A DNA stretch of 64,000 nt from assembly GCF_026571515.1 (NCBI RefSeq), contig NW_026856964.1, forward strand, positions 124,001 through 188,000. The letters run 5' to 3'. Source of the DNA: Ruditapes philippinarum. Its lineage: Eukaryota. The first letter of the stretch is position 1; the number at the start of each line of letters is the position of its first letter. Below, in pieces: positions 61,504-64,000 of the stretch. A model generated the notes under the pieces. It was not told the DNA's origin, did not search any database, and saw only the letters and a program-made list of their open reading frames with translations. A program made the translations under genes and the position numbers.

Positions 61504-63480
61504 TTTTTTTTTTTTTTATTTATTTTATTTTAGCAACAACATAGATCACAGTTACATAATAAGATATATATATAAATAAACATATATATAAAATAACAGT
61601 TTATCCAAATTAAAATATCATTTCATATTAATAATAAATAAATCAAATTTAGTTAATGACTGAGATCAGACGAGTCATAGGATAAATGTATTTAAAAAAA
61701 GAAGCAAATGAATAAATTAATAAAATCACATTTCAGGTTAAGACTACAATAGTCAGAATTATAATTATCACAGAATATTGTTTAAAATTACTGATAAACA
61801 TGATATAAAAGAAGTAAAAGAATTTCAATAAAATTTCAATACAAGGGGTTTTGTTAAATAGTGATCTATGGTTACAAGGATAGCCCTTAAGCTGGTGTGC
61901 TTATTTCCAATGGGGTCCTGTTAACCAAATAGATGGAAACAAGATAAAACCAGAGAGACATTCATTCCTCAAATAAAAATAGACAATGAGATAACCCTTC
62001 AAATTATTCAATCACAGTAGTTTTGCATTATCACAGAAAGAAAGGCACAGGAAAAAATAAGATAACTAAAAACAATAAAGTTGGCGAGACCTATGTCGCC
62101 ACTTAATTAGTAATATAAAAATCACTTTGATGTTGCGCAGCCCATATTGAAGCAAGATGGCTTTTAAACAGAATTTTTATATAAAGTTGGATTTTATATA
62201 CATTTTACATCATCTGCAAAACTATTCCAATTCTTTAATACCATTATAGAAAAATGTGCTAATTACATATCTTATTACAAAGAGGAATTGAAAAATTAAA
62301 CTTATTTGATCTAGTGTTGTAGTTGTGTATATCAGACATCCGAACAAAATTTGTTTTCATATAACTTGGACACGTATTATAAAAAATCTTATGCAATATG
62401 ATTAAAGTCTCAGTTGTTTAACTCTGTTTTCAATATTTAACATGTTAACATCTTTAAAATCAGAAGGAGTTAAACTAGTTCTTGGATGGTAATCTTTTAT
62501 AAACCTTATGACTTTGTTTTGAGCTACTTGCAGTTTCTTTTCAGACTTTTATTTTAAACTTTCGTACCAGGACGAACAAGAATAGTCAAAATGACATTGG
62601 ATTAAAGCAGAACAAAGCAATTTTCTACAGTTAAATGATAGACATTTACTGTTTCTGTACAAAAATTTAAGTTTAGTGTTTACTTTAGATATGACTGCAT
62701 TAACAATTTCTTCTCCAGACAGAAGATTTTCAATTTTCAAGCCAAATATTTGACTGTCTTAGTAGATTCAATAGTGTGACCATTACAAATAATATTAAAA
62801 TTATTAATCTTTTTAAGTTTTTTCTTTGGACCAAAAAATCATACATTCAGTTTTTCCTAAGTGGAGAGACAGTTTATTATCAACTAGCCAATCTGAACAA
62901 GATTCTAGAGCTTTACCTAATTTCTGTGAAATAAAATCAGGATCATGATGAGAAAAAAGTTATTAGTGCTGTCATCAGCATACAAAATAAGCTTACACTC
63001 AGAATCGATACTGGTGATCATATCATTTACATAGCATAAAAAGAGCAATGGACCTAAAATACTTCCCTGAGGAACACCACAATTTACTATTGATGGAGAA
63101 GAAAGAAAACTCTCCAATATGCTACTAATTGTTGCCTGTTATTAAGATAGATCTAAACCATTCTGTATTGGTAATCCCATCAGATGAAGTTTTCCACAAA
63201 GAATATTATGATCAACAGTATCGAATGCCTTTTGCAAATCTATCATTATCATTCCAGTAAATAAGCCATTGGAATTATTCAGTCTGATATGATCTAACAA
63301 ATGTATGAGACAAGTATCAGTTGAATGTGAACTTCTAAAACCAGATTGGTGTTCATACAATATATTATTTTTAACAAGAAATGATTCTAATTGATTATAT
63401 ACAGCTCTTTCTAAAATCTTAGAGATAATACTTAATATACTAACAGGCCTGTAATTGCCCACTTCAAGTGTACTATTTTT
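61504..63480 (-). mobile_element. 5'-truncated, frameshifted CR1/L2-group LINE (RT remnant)
   Basis: Fragments YRPVSILS, QSGFR, IDLQKAFDTVDH, GVPQGSILGPLLF, YADD and LIQCHFDY occur in shifting frames. An A-rich tail lies at about 61504-61530. Confidence 0.88.
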
Positions 63481-64000
63481 GCTTAACCAGTATGGCTGAT
63501 AGACAAAAATAGATTGATGTTTATATTTTATTTTAAATTGATAAGTACATCGTTTGAAAGTTTTTGTGTATGATTGAGCATGAAATTGAAAGAAAATATG
63601 ATAAGCTTTTGAATAAAGCTTGAAAGGCAAGACAATAGACATTTTTGGATTTTTTTATGATGCTATGCGTTTTTGAGCAATAACTATTAGACGTCAGGCT
63701 TGACCGACAAAAACTATAACAAGCCTGTAACGTCTAATATATTGGACTATGAAAAACATTGCTCATTTTTTTCCATTCTTTTCCAGAATTATGAAAAATT
63801 CTAACAAGAGCTGACAGTATGACACTGACAGCATGCTGGAATATTTTTGTGCTTGTTTCTAAAACATGAGCCTGGATTATGTAATAAAACACGAGTCTGG
63901 ATAATCTGATAATGTAATAAAACATGAGCCTGGGTAATGTAATAATTAAGAAAGAGGAAGATTTCATTCACAAAAATACAAATAATGTATGTGATATATT

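Overview
AT-rich, intron-containing animal genomic DNA with three assembly gaps. The repeat landscape and C1q gene suggest a bivalve mollusc (inference). I assembled these genes by hand from GT-AG splice sites with consistent phases. (1) Two paralogous 4-exon, Shaw/Kv3-like voltage-gated K+ channel genes: copy 1 (2970-7366) is intact and copy 2 (31052-33450) has a 26-nt frameshifting deletion; both lack the S6 PVP gate and the T1 zinc motif. (2) Between them, on the minus strand, an intact 6-7 exon gene for a full-length HoxX/HypX-like protein (formyltransferase + crotonase fusion, about 580 aa), the bacterial enzyme that makes CO from N10-formyl-THF for [NiFe]-hydrogenase maturation. This is the most striking item. 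(3) A secreted C1q-domain gene. (4) An intronless Spot14/MID1IP1 gene head-to-head with ETFBKMT (METTL20). (5) A type II membrane FkbM-family methyltransferase. Mobile DNA includes two decayed CR1/L2-group LINEs sharing a structured 3' motif, a LINE 3' fragment, tRNA-derived SINEs, several TIR/TSD-defined non-autonomous DNA transposons (an IS3EU-like dimer; Sola2-, Kolobok- and Zator/Harbinger-like elements) and Helentron-like elements with internal satellite arrays. All homology calls are from recognition of motifs, not database searches.
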